Below are positions 25,529 to 37,929 of a stretch of 64,000 bases of DNA, one piece after another. The stretch is from assembly GCF_963921235.1 (NCBI RefSeq), contig NC_086097.1, forward strand, positions 205,532,001 to 205,596,000, given 5' to 3'. Every line of letters starts with the position of its first letter. Positions within the stretch are counted from its first letter, which is position 1. The position numbers were made by a program, and so were the translations under genes. The notes beneath the pieces are model-generated. The model saw only the letters and a program-made list of their open reading frames with translations. It was not told where the DNA came from and ran no database searches. The stretch comes from Mobula hypostoma. Taxonomy: Eukaryota.

Positions 25529-26355
25529 TATGCAATTTAATGTGGATAAATGTGAGGTTATCCGCTTTGATGGCAAGAACAGGAAAACAGATTATTATCT
25601 GAATGGTGGCCGATTAGGAAAAGGGGAGGTGAAACGAGACCTGCGTGTCATTGTACACCAGTCATTGAAAGTGGGCATGCAGGTACAGCAGGCGGTGAAA
25701 AAGGCGAATGGTATGCTGGCATTCAAAGCAAGAAGAGTCGTGTACAGGAGCAGGGAGGTTCTACTGCAGTTGTACAAGGCCTTGGTGAGACCACACCTGG
25801 AGTATTGTGTGCAGTTTTGGTCCCCTAATCTGAGGAAAGACATCCTTGCCATAGAGGGAGTACAAAGAAGGTTCACCAGATTGATTCCTGGGATGGCAGG
25901 ACTTTCATATGATGAAAGACTGGATCGACTAGGCTTATACTCGCTGGAATTTAGAAGGTTGACGGGGGATCCTATTGAAAAGTATAAAATTCTAAAGGGA
26001 TTGGACAAGCTAGATGCAGGAAAATTGTTCCCGATGTTGGGGAAGTCCAGAATGAGGGGTCACATTTTGAGGATAAAGGGGAAGCCTTTTAGGACCGAGA
26101 TGAGGAAAACCTTCTTCAAACAGAGAGTGGTGAATCTGTGGAATTCTCTGCCACAGGAAACAGTTGAGGCCAGTTCATTGGCTATATTTAAGAGGGAGTT
26201 AGATATGGCCCTTGTGTCTAAAGGGTTCAGGGGGTATGGAGAGAAGGCCGGTACAGGGTTCTGAGTTAAATGATCAGCCATGATCATACTGAATGGTGGT
26301 GCAGGTTCGAAGGGCTAAATGGCCTACTCCTGCACCTATTTTCTATGTTTCTATG
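25529..26355 (+). mobile_element. 5'-truncated CR1, same young subfamily as 20758-24018
   Basis: ORF 25530-26264 closely similar to 23185-23912, TTTCTATG tail. Confidence 0.95.
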
Positions 26356-27800
26356 TGACTTCCTGCTGTTGACTAGAGTGCTCCCGAGATATTCCTTGTT
26401 CACTTCTGAGTTCTTCACTGAGAGAGTGAGTACCTTCTAGAACTTGTAAACCAGCTAGGCACTGAACAGACTTACACATTTGCTTGTATCCAGCAGAGGT
26501 CTAGGCATTCAAACTTGCTTCTGTTGACTGGAAACATTATGGTTGCCACACTGTGATCTTGCGTTTTGATCTCCATTCATATCGGATGCATTACCAGATA
26601 ATTTGCAAGGGTGCCTTCCATTATGCTGGCCCATCAAATTTGCAAAACTTCATCATTAATCACCAGTCCAGCTCCTGTTTCATATCTTTGAACAAGTTCA
26701 TGTTTGTGCATACTGAAGAGATATTACTTCGCGACAACTACAGGAAGTGTAGTCAAATCTAAGAAGGAAGAAGTGTTTCTATAAGACTATATCTTTGATT
26801 TCTGTTTGGTCCTATGGATAACTAGACTCTTTAAACTTGCTAATATAGGCATCTATTGAACTAGTAATGTATTGTGTAATTTGGTTTCCAGGCCAATGGC
26901 AAAGAAGTAACATAATGCTTCGTAACTAAGCAGAAGGAAAAGTAAATAAGGTAGCAGCTTTTTCAGAATCTGCCATGCACTTTTGCATGTATGTCAGCTT
27001 ATTAAGGGAGCTCTTTTCTTTCATCTTACCAGATTGGTAGTCATTTCTGATTGTTACATGACGTAGGCTAGGTCTGCACACCAATTGGCTCTTGGTGTTT
27101 ATACTGATATTTTCTTTTAACACCGATGTTGGCAAGTGTGTTATGAACTCACAGCGGCTTAATAGAAATGTCATGTTTTGACAGACATTTCCTGCATTGC
27201 TTTAATTGTCCTAAATATTGTTCCGATAATATTAGTGTTTTTTTTACAAAGAAAACTCTATAAAACAGAAAATAATCAGTTCACCCAAAGCAAAAATCCA
27301 AACCAAACCAAGCCAATTAATTTGGGTCATTAAGAAGGGGAAAATATAAAATTAGGATGCCATGGCATGTCCAGTCATGGAAACATATAGAGAATTATTG
27401 CTACATAACTTGGTTGTTGGGAATGCCCTCCATAAACCAACAGATCATCCAAATCAAGTGAAGAAACTGGATATAATTTGTTCAATCTGCTTCATGTATA
27501 AAGGTGATTTAAATTGAGGTTATGCACCTTGGGGTGTGAGGCTGGGTAAACATTTCTTGGTAAATTGCACTCAGGCAAACAAGATATTTCTAGTCAGGGT
27601 ATACAATAGTGCATCAAGCACCTCCTGACGTCATTGAATGGGCAATACACTTGCAAAGGAGGGTGATGACTCCCAAATTCAAAATCAGAATCAGGCCTAT
27701 GATCACTGGTATGTAACATGAAATTTGTTAATTTAGCAGCAACAGTTCAATATAATACATAATCTAGCAGAGAAAAAATAATAAATAACAAATAATAATG

Positions 27801-28995
27801 TGTTATGTACCCCTAGGGGTCATATTTTTTATGGACTATACCTTTAAAAAGAGAGAGAGAGAGAAAGTTGTTCAACACAAGCACCTTGTTATTAAGAGAG
27901 AGAGGCAAAGACTACTCACAGTTTGATTGGAGATGATGTTATAGTTTCTCTGCAGCATGTTTGCACTTTTGCAAGGACACTGCCAGCTTCTGTCTTCCTA
28001 CAGAGAGAGAAGGGAGGAGCTACTTGATGGACAGCTGGTGTTCAGCACAATGAGATAAATAGGTCAGCTGATAGACTGACAGACACATGATTTTGGACAC
28101 TAGATGAGCTTTGTCGTGCCCACAGAAAGGTGGGTTTATTGGAGGATCGATCAGTGGCTCTCGCAGTATGGAAGAGGTGTCATCGGTGGGGAGTTATTCG
28201 TGTTGTCAACACTCGCCTGGGTTGATAACTCACCCACAGAAGATGGTCTCCTTTGTTGTGGTCACATTTGGTGACTTTAAAGGAAGAGAAGAGGGGAGAG
28301 GAAGGTTTGAAACAAAAGAAACCTAGTGACAAAGAGGTCACTGTTTCGACTCTCTCTCCAAGTGGCCTGTAAATACGAAGGTGTGACTGTCACGTTGTTA
28401 ATCCACAGGTGTGGGTTCTCTTGGTGGGGGGAATACCTTTGTGAATACCACTTGTGTGTTACCCTTGTGTGGGTGTGGTAGTTCACTGAAGAAAGGCACC
28501 CCTGTGGCAAATCGTTGTTGGAGTTATTTCGTAGGTCTTGGAACTGGATAAGTGGCTATCACAGTAGTGTGTTTGGGGTTGGTTCCCTTGAAGAGGGTCC
28601 CCTTAGTGATAGGCTACTGTTAGTGTTAATCCATACGTGGATTCTGTTGGAGTATCCTGTGACCACCACTTTAGAATGACCCGTGGCTGAATTTGGGTGT
28701 GGTACCACTTGTGTTGAAAGAATATTCGCTGAAGATCACAGTCGGTGATATTTCATGTGAGGAGTGGAACAAATTTGGAGATAAAACCTGCTATTATTGT
28801 TATTTTGTATTGCTGTCATGGAATCTGTGGAATATCGACGTAATTGCCTTCTCTTGATATTTACCCTGGATTACAAATATCTCTCTCTCTCCATCACTAC
28901 TCAGCTCAATGCCACGATCTGAACTGAACTTTACTCATCACCATAAGACTGTATCCATTTACCCCTAGGCTTAAAGAAGCTTGGTTCCCATCTTT

Positions 28996-29037
<42 letters not shown>

Positions 29038-29065
29038 TCTTTAACCCGTCACGGGGTACGTGACA
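27801..29065. mobile_element. Solo-LTR-like insert (Gypsy-type), 1265 bp
   Basis: TGTTATGTACCCC...GGGGTACGTGACA 13-bp inverted ends (2 mismatches), TSD AATG (27797-27800 and 29066-29069), internal (GA)n and (CA)n(TA)n tracts. Inserted in a minus-strand LINE tail. Confidence 0.8.
28997..29037. repeat. (CA)n(TA)n compound microsatellite
   Basis: Directly visible. Confidence 0.95.
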
Positions 29066-29362
29066 AATGATAACAATAAATAAACAAATAAATCGATTAC
29101 ATAATAAACAATAGTCTAACAAAGGCACCTTTGCTGTTCAGATGCTCCAGAGATGAGTATAGACACAGGGTCAGCATCTGCTATGGACTAGTTTCAACCG
29201 TGGGCAAACTGCAGTGGATGAAGGTTATTCATGAGGCTGCAGTTAATACTTGCTATGACCAGCCTCTCAAAGCACTTAAAGATGGTGGATGTTACATCCA
29301 CCAGGTAGTAATCATGAATGCTCATTCAGTTATTTATCTTAGGAACCAAATTCTTCTTAAAG

Positions 29363-30052
29363 CTTCCAAATTGCTACACCTGCCCATTCATAATCTCCCT
29401 CACCTTCATTCATGGCCCCAAGCAGTCCTTCCAGTTGAGGCAACACTTCACCTGCAAATCTGCTAGGATCATCTATTGTGTCTGGTGCTCCCAATGATGG
29501 TGAAACGCATCGTAAAATGAAAACTGTTTTGTCGAACACCTCTGCTGCATTCGCCAAAAGTGGAATATCCCAGTGGCCAAACATTTTAATTCCAATCCCC
29601 ATTCATGTTCTGACATGTTGGTCCAAGGCCTCATCTTGTGCCAACAAGAGGCTACCCTCAGGGTGGAAGAGCAAAACCTCATACTCCATCTGAGAAGCCT
29701 CCAACCTGATAGCATGAATATCAATTTTTCCCCTCCCTTCTTCTTCTATTCCCCACTATGACCTCTTACCTCTTCTCATCTGCCTATCACCTCCCCCTGG
29801 GTCCCCTCCTCCTTCCCTTTCTCCCATGGTCATACTCTCCTCTCCAGCCCTTTATCTTTCCCACCTACCTGGCTTCACCTATCAGCTTCTAGCTAGACTC
29901 CTTCCCCTCCCCCTTTTCACCTTTTTATTCTGTGTGTCTTCTCCCTTCCTTTCCAGTCCTGAAGAAGGATCTCGGTCCGAAGTAGTGACTGTTTATTCGT
30001 TTCCATAGATGCTGCCTGACCTGCTGAGTTCTTCCTGCATTTTGTCTGCATT
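29363..30052 (+). mobile_element. Penelope-like element 3' fragment (GIY-YIG endonuclease remnant plus terminal repeat)
   Basis: CYTCPF...GPKQSFQLRQHFTCKSARIIYCVWCSQ...GET...EHL...HFNS..HS...EEQNLILHLRSLQPDSMNI, with a decayed hammerhead at 29954-29991. Confidence 0.85.
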
Positions 30053-30571
30053 GCTTCTTCTTAAAGCAGGTGAGAACCTCAGATTCAAGTAGGAAAAGGT
30101 TAAAAATGCCTGCAAGTTCCTACCCATTGATCTGCACAGGATCTAAGGACACTTTGGGGATACCATCTGGCTCAGTTGCTTTTCATGGGTTCAATTTCCA
30201 GAAGATAGAACTTATTCTGTAGCGGTAACTGTGGCTTCAAGTGCACTGGAGACTATTCAAAACACAGAGAGAATGTATTATACACATCAGGAAGGTATGG
30301 CTGTTTTCAGTGATGCTGTGTGACTTGATTTTGTAGCAATCCACAACTGACAGCTGCTCTGGGACTCTATTTTGGACTGATATTGTCTCTTGCCATTCCG
30401 GATCGCTTTACAGAGGTTGTAGCTCTATTTCTTGTAAAGATCAGGGTCACAGATTTGCATGTTGCAGTTCAGTGAAGAGTGGATCTCTCTGTTCATTCAC
30501 AGCTTTCAGTTTGGGAACACTCGGACTAGCATCCTCAACACACTTGCTGATAAAGTCCATAACAATCGTGA

Positions 30572-31195
30572 TATAGAAACATAGAAACATAGAAAATAGG
30601 TGCAGGAGTCGGCCATTCGGCCCTTCGAGCCTGCACCACCATTCAGCATGATCATGGCTGATAATCCAACTCAGAACCCTGTACCAGCCTTCCCCGCATA
30701 CCCCCTGATCCCTTTAGCCACAAGGGCCATATCTAACTCCCTCTTAAATATAGCCAATGAACCGGCCTCAACTGTTTCCTGTGGCAGACAATTTCACAGA
30801 TTCACCACTCTCTGTGTGAAGAAGTTTTTCCTAATCTCGGTCCTAAAAGGCTTCCCCTTTATCCTCAAACCGTGACCCCTCGTTCTGGACTTCCCCAACA
30901 TCAGGAACAATCTTCCTGCATCTAGCCTGTCCAATCCCTTTAGGATTTTATACGTTTCAATCAGATCCCCCCTCGATCTTCTAAATTCCAACGAGTATAA
31001 GCCTAGTCGATCCAGTCTTTCATCATATGAAAGCCCTGCCATCCCAGGAATCAATCTGGTGAACCTTCTTTGTACTCCCTCTATGGCAAGGATGTCTTTC
31101 CTCAGATTAGGGGACCAAAACTGCACACAATACTCCAGGTGTGGTCTCACCAAGGCCTTGTACAACTGCAGTAGTACCTCCCTGCTCCTGTACTC
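30572..31195 (-). mobile_element. 5'-truncated CR1, young subfamily, minus strand
   Basis: ORF 30794-31165 RPHLEYCVQFWSP, (CATAGAAA)n on the plus strand. Confidence 0.95.
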
Positions 31196-31459
31196 AATTT
31201 TTTAAAATTTTTTTCTGGCATTCATGGCAAGAGATCATGTTGGGTATATTAGTTCATATACCCAACATGAACTAATATTGCAGTCTTTAGTATTTTTCCT
31301 CATCTTTATTTGTTAAATTATTTTCTCTTAATCCTTCTGGTCACAGTTAACTCACTGGTTAACATTGTTATAGAGAGGCATGGCTCAGAGTCAGGAATTA
31401 AGAACTTAATAAAAGCAACTGAATAAGTATGTAATTCAGGATTAGTAATGTTCTGTATT

Positions 31460-32005
31460 ACCTTTTCTGTACATGCAGCCTGGTATGGAAACACCAACGT
31501 CGAGGAACAAATAGGCTAGGGAAAGTGATGGATATAGCCAATCTGTCACAGGTAATGCCCTCCCCACCATCGAGTGTATTTACATGGAATGCTGTCACAA
31601 GAAACCAGCATGCAGAATCAAAGCGCCCCACCATCCAGGCCATTCTCTTTCCTCTCCATCAGGCTGCAGTACATGAGCCTTAAGTCCCATACTACCAGCT
31701 TCAAGAAAAATTATCTCTCTACTACCTGAAGCAGTGTGGATAACTTCAATCACACTGTTCTGAACGGATTCTACCTTCTATGGACTCATTTTTAGTACTC
31801 TTTACAATTCATATTCTCAACATTGCGTTTATTTGCATAATTTGTCATCTTTTGCTTTGATATTTGTCATTCTTTATGCATAGTTTTTCATAAAATTCTA
31901 TTGTATTTCTTTTTTCCTGTCAATGCCTGTAATAACATTAATCTTAAGTTAGTATAAGGTAACATATAAAGACTTCAGTCATAAATATGTTGAACTTGGA
32001 ACTTT
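31460..32005 (+). mobile_element. Decayed Rex1/Babar 3' fragment
   Basis: gcctggtatggaaac and body colinear with 3265-3820. Confidence 0.65.
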
Positions 32006-32964
32006 GATTTTTGCTTCTTTCTGCTGAAATTTTGAGAGATGGCATGAAGTAATATTTTTGAGCCTATCAAGCCTGGAAAATAATTGTGACAGCAAAACCT
32101 TAATACTGCAACTGATTTTGGAACTGGGCGCAGACAAGTCAAAGGCATTGTTCCCCTTTTAATTTATGCATTTGAGAATATTGGCTAGAAATCAATTATG
32201 TTTAATTGCAAATAGCAAGCCTAGAAATTAATGCTGTTATTAGAGTGAATGCCTGAGTTAGTTGATTATATGTGGCTTGTAGTTCTGAACACGGTTCCCA
32301 TCAGTTTATTATACAGTGTTAAAACATAGGTTCAAAGAGTGATAGTTCAATGGTTCAATTTAATATCAGAGAATGCATATAGTATACAACCTGAAATCCT
32401 TACTCTTCACAGACATCCACAGAACAAAAGAAAAAGCCCCAAAGAATGAATAGCAGAAAACGTTAGAACCCCAGAACCCCCTTCCCCCTCCCATGCACAA
32501 GCAACAGCAAAACCATCAACCCTCCCCCTCCCCCCTTGCTCCAGCAAAAGTAGCAACCCCACCACCCACCATGCAGGCAACAGCAAAGTTATTTTATGTT
32601 ATTCTTAAATGTAAACATCAGAAAATTAAGTTTATGAAGTTGTGGAGTGAAAGATAATGCAGTTCCAGTTGTAAATAATTAAGTTGAAAAATATAATCTA
32701 AGGGGGTTATTATTTATAACTAACAATAAAGCTTATAGTAATGTCAATAATATTGCTCAGTGGTGCTTTTATTCTACTAATGCTGTTTTGTTGGAGGGGT
32801 AATAGTGATTTTATTAGTACTTGGAAACACTCTATCCAATACACTTCCAGTGCAATATCATCATATGAGTGAGCGGTGTAATGAGAAATTTCTCAGTCAT
32901 TTTGAATAACCTGTCATTCTTGGATCACTTAGCACCAAAAATAATATGTAGTTGCAGGGAAGTA

Positions 32965-34250
32965 AACATACGACATACAACAGTACAGCATTGGAACAAG
33001 CTCTTCAGTCCATGACATCTGTACTGAACAGATACTACATCTCTTCGCCTGCACTTCAGCTATATGCCTCCAAACCCTACGTAAGTGCCACTGTCGTATC
33101 AGCTTCCATGAGAAATTCAACAGCCCTTTCCAGGAACCTACCAATCAGTAAAAACTTGCCTGCACATCTCCTTTGAAATTTCCCCCTTCATCTTAAATGC
33201 ACAGCCTCCAGTATTCGACATTTCCACCCTGGGAACATGATTCAGTCTTAAGTCTCTCATAAAATTAATAACTTCTACCAGGTCTCCCCTCAGCACTCCA
33301 GAACAAATAACCAAAGTTTCTCCAACGTCTCTTTGTAATTCATACGCTCCAATGCTGGTAGCAACACACACAAAATGCTGGAGGAACTCAGCAGGTCAAA
33401 TAGGATCTATGGAGTGGAGTAAACATTCAACATTTTGGGCTGAGACCCTTCATCAAGACTGGAAAGGAAGAGGAAGAGGCATTTTGTTTTACTCGGGAGT
33501 GTTTGGAGTTTGGGGTTTGATGTTCTTGTTGCCATCTGCATGATACCTTTTGCACATGGGGGAATTCATGTTCTTGTTGCCATTTGAGCTATTTGTTTTT
33601 TTTTGCATGTGGGGTAGGGTTTGATGTTTTTCTTTGAATGGCCTCCATTTTTTTTGTTTCATGGCTGTCTGGAGAAGAGGAATCTCAGAGTTGTATACTG
33701 CATATGTACTTTGATAATAAATGTACTTTGAACCTTGAATGAGAAGGTAGAGGAAGGGGAAGAAGTACAAGCTGGCAAGTAATAGGTGAAACCAGCTGAG
33801 GGGGAAGGTAGGTGGGTGGAGGAGGGGGAATGAAGTGAGAAGCAGGCAGTTATAGGTGGAAGGGCTGAAAAAGAAGGAATCTAAGAGGAATGAAGTCTGG
33901 ATTATGGCAGAAAGAGAAGGAGGAGCCATACCAAAAGGAAATGATGGACAGGTGAGGGGAAGAGAAGGCTAAGAGGTGAGCCAGTGTGGGGAATGGAAAA
34001 AGACAGAAGGAGTGGGGAAAGGAACTACCAGAGGTCCACTGGCAAATGCATTTTGCACCCTTGATGGCATTTCCACATCCTTCCAGTAATGGAGCACATA
34101 ACTGCGCACAATACTCCAAGTGCAGCCTAACAAATATTTTGTTTAACTGCAGCATAACAGACTTGCTCTTAAACTCATTTCCCTGACAAATGAAGAGAAA
34201 CATGCCATATAACCTTATTTACCAGCCTGTCTGCTTAATGTGGCCACTTC
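32965..34250 (-). mobile_element. Nested cluster: minus CR1 pieces (32965-33350, 34040-34250) around a minus Penelope-derived repeat (33360-34035) that contains a plus Rex-type tail (about 33476-33738)
   Basis: VLRGDLVEV and RLHLEYCAQ on the minus strand, cacaaaatgctggaggaactcagcagg Penelope end, gaatctcagagttgtatac...gataataaatgtactttgaac tail. Confidence 0.65.
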
Positions 34251-36624
34251 AGTAAAGGATGACAAGAGGAGATCTTCGAGGTCATATGTACATAATGTAC
34301 CTGAAGTGAGATGTGAATGGAATTTGAAGTCTTGTGTTGTTTGTGAGTCTGCTTTCACAACTATGTTTTCTGTAACAAGTTACAATTGTAAGTTATTTAA
34401 TCAGCCACCTCAATTTGCAGCAGAAATCTTGGTTCATGCTTGGACACTGCCAATTGAATTACCACCAGCTGTGTAAACAGGGCAAGTGAGTCAGTTCTTG
34501 GATGCTTGGTTGTGAGAGAGTTTTTCCATTTAGCTGCAGAACTCCAAGCTGCCTTGTTGGCAGATACTTAATCATGCTGTAAAAATGTCAGCATTTCTTT
34601 GGATGGAAAATAGACATTTTAATTAGCTAAAACAAGGTTTGTGTTCTGATTGTGATATTCCTGACAGGGTTCCACACAATTATTTCGGTCAAAATCTTCA
34701 ATTAATGAACAATATTTGTTTTGTGGTTTAGCTACAGCATATTAAATATGAGCATGTGAAATTATTTAGAAAGCTTACTAATGATTACATGTCCTTTAAG
34801 TTTAATACATTATCAGTTAAAGATCATCAAATGTTTCTATCAACTTAATTTATGAAAATAGTTACTTTATAATTAGTAGGTAATTTAAGAAAATAAGCTG
34901 ATTACAGTCACTTACTTCTGACTTGATGCTTTGTTCCTGAAATACTACTCCCCTCAAAATTTTTACTGAGTTAGTTTATAAAAACTCTTAACAAAGCCAA
35001 TGTAATTAATTTAGGTGACTCAGAGTTACCTGAATAGTTACACAGTCTGTAGCTTGCAATTAAATTTTTATGAAATCTCTACCTCTGTTGCACAATACTT
35101 CTCAATGGATTAATTAAATTACATTGTAATACCGTATTCCACCAAAATGTCGACAAATCATGACAGTACGGCATTGCCCACTGGCAATGTGCTTTGGTGC
35201 TTAACACTTGGTACTAATAATTATTGCAAGGGAAACATAAAAGCTTGGAAAAGAAAATCAAGACTTTGTATTTAAATGAAAATAAAAGTTTGCCAATTAA
35301 CTGCTGAAAAGTGCCTGCAGCTCATTAATAAACAACAGGGTATTGCAATTGTACCTGCTCACTTTCACTGAATCAATATTGTGTGCTATGAGGGACTTGG
35401 AATGCAGATGATGAAAATTACCTTGAAGCAGTGGGAAAATATAATTAAGAATCTGAACCTAACTCAAGTAGAGAAACAGAATTTGGATTAAGAAAATTAA
35501 TTTATCAATAAAATGCAATTTTCATTTTAGATATACAAACTTATGATAATTGTTTATTGTAGACCTGTGACTAACCAAGTGAGTGGATAATACACAGAAT
35601 GCAGACTGGGCACATACTGGTGATTGTAATTACCATTACTACTGTAACTTAAGTAGGTCATTAGCCTTTACTATTCTATTATATATAACCATTAAGAATT
35701 TGTGAATGTGAAAGAGAATGCAGAAGGTTGCTTAGTGAAAGGGAAAGGCAGAAGAAGCTGTCAAACAATTAAATAAAAGATTAATGTAAGAAATTTCTGC
35801 TAAAATGCTTTCTGATTTCGTTAACTGACCTTGAAAGCAGGTCAGAGATAAAAACTTGCCTAGTATTTCTTTTTAAGACTCTTGCATTTATATGCTATGA
35901 CTTTATTCTTTCTTTAGATCAAAATAAAGGCTGCAAGGTAGATTTGGCAAATGCCGTTCCTGTGAAAAATAAGTTTCTTGTTAGTATCGTCACTTTTTGA
36001 AACAACTTTTTTCCCTTTGTACAATTTACCATCAAGTATGACCATTGTAATCAACATAGGGATCTCACAATATGAAAAGCATCAGTTAAGGCTACAAGAG
36101 TTAATCCTTTTAGAGATGGATTGTAATGAATGAGAGTTGTGAAATTCACTTCATTAACATTTTGGCTTGAAATCTCCTCCCTCTCATATCTGCCCAGTGG
36201 AGAAATTACTTCAGTCTAATCAACAGTGCATAAAAGGGGTCATCTGGAGGAGAGGACAATTCCTTGAAGTTCCCAAGGGCAGGTTTTTTTTTCCACAACA
36301 TTTAAGAAGTAGCTTGACAAGCACTTAAACTGCCCGTGTATAAAAACTATCAACAAAATGTTGCTGAATATAATTATAGTAGATCAGTACTGGATAACCT
36401 GGACATGGTCAGCTGAAGAGCCTGTTTCTATGCCCTATAACTCAGTTGTACATCTTGCAGCCCACTCCTTGGCTGTCAACATCACAAGTGGAAAATTAAT
36501 TTTGTTAAACATAGAAACAACTCTTCAACCTCCTCAATTAAATGGAAAATACTTTATAATCACTAGGTGTTAAAAATAAATATCTCCTTGCACAAGTAGG
36601 TGTATGGGGGAAAAAGAGCTGACC

Positions 36625-37550
36625 TATAGGTTATATAGAAGTCTGATTTAGGTGAGTGGAGTTGGGTCAGTGCATAGCTGGTTCAGTTTAATATGAATAA
36701 CTGTGAAGTTATATATTTTGGTTCTGAAGTAGAAAGACAGCTTATCTGATAGCTGATAGATTGGGAAATCGAAGGTCCAACAAAATTTGTGTGTCCTTAC
36801 ACAGCAGATGCTGAAAGCATGCATTCAGGTGCAGAAAATAGGAAAGCAAATTATACTTTGCCATCTGCAGCAAAGATACTAAAGTGAAATTTGACAGGAC
36901 CTAGATGAAACATCTGGAGCTTTGTCTGTAGTTTTGGTCTCCTAATCTGAAGATGGATTTTTTCTTCCAGAGGAATTGAAATTGAAGGTTTACTAGATTG
37001 AATCATGGGATGGTAGTACTGAGGTATGAGGAGACTTGATCAGTTAGACCCATATGGAATGGATGTGAGGAAGGTGTTTCCTATAGTGGGGGAGTCTAGG
37101 ACCAGAGAGTACAGATTCAGAATAGAAAGATGTCCCTTTAACACAGAGATCAAATGAATTTCTATAGCCAGAGGGTGATGAATCTTGAACTTCGTTGTCA
37201 CAGACGGTTGTGGAAGCCAAGTCACTGAGCGTATTTAAAGTGGAGGTTTATTAGTAAGGGCAGCAAAGGTTACAGGCAAAAGGCAGGAGAATGCAGTTGA
37301 GAGGGCAGGATGAAAAGACAGAGCAGATTCATTAGGCTGAATGGCCTAATTCTGCTCCTATGTCTTATATTTACTAGAGTTTATAAGAATGATAGAGCAC
37401 GTAGAAATTTGGATGCCTAGAAACCTAGAAAATGATATGGTAAGTAGCTGGGAACAGGAAGGTACTGAAGTGAATGATCATTTATGGTCATGTTGACTGA
37501 TGGAGCAGGCATGAAGAGTATAAAGGCTCTTTGCTTTTCCTATATCCCAT
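36625..37550 (+). mobile_element. Decayed CR1 fragments
   Basis: gtagttttggtctcctaatctg, ggggagtctaggaccagag and gaatggcctaattctgctcc motifs. Confidence 0.7.
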
Positions 37551-37929
37551 CTTTCTAAAGAAAGAGGCCATTTCGTATTGTGATTTCCAATTAGACAGCT
37601 AGAACTCACTTCCGGGCTCTTGGTCTCAAGATATTTGGGTTACATCTCTTCAAGTATTTTATAAATGTATTGAAGTTTTACATCTTTTGTGCAGTTAATT
37701 CCAGATGCTTGTTAATCACTGAGTAAAGCAATTTATTCAGTTACCCTCTATTCCTTCCACCAACTTATTTTGGATCCATGTTCCTTAAGTCATCACCAAC
37801 ACAAAGAGAGTAGTTAACAACAAAGATGTTTACCTTCTCTTAATTTGAACAATAATGTGTTGCATTTGTTTATCTAAAAACTACCCCTGAGTCAATATTT
37901 TCCTCATACTTTGCCAATAAAGCACTTCA

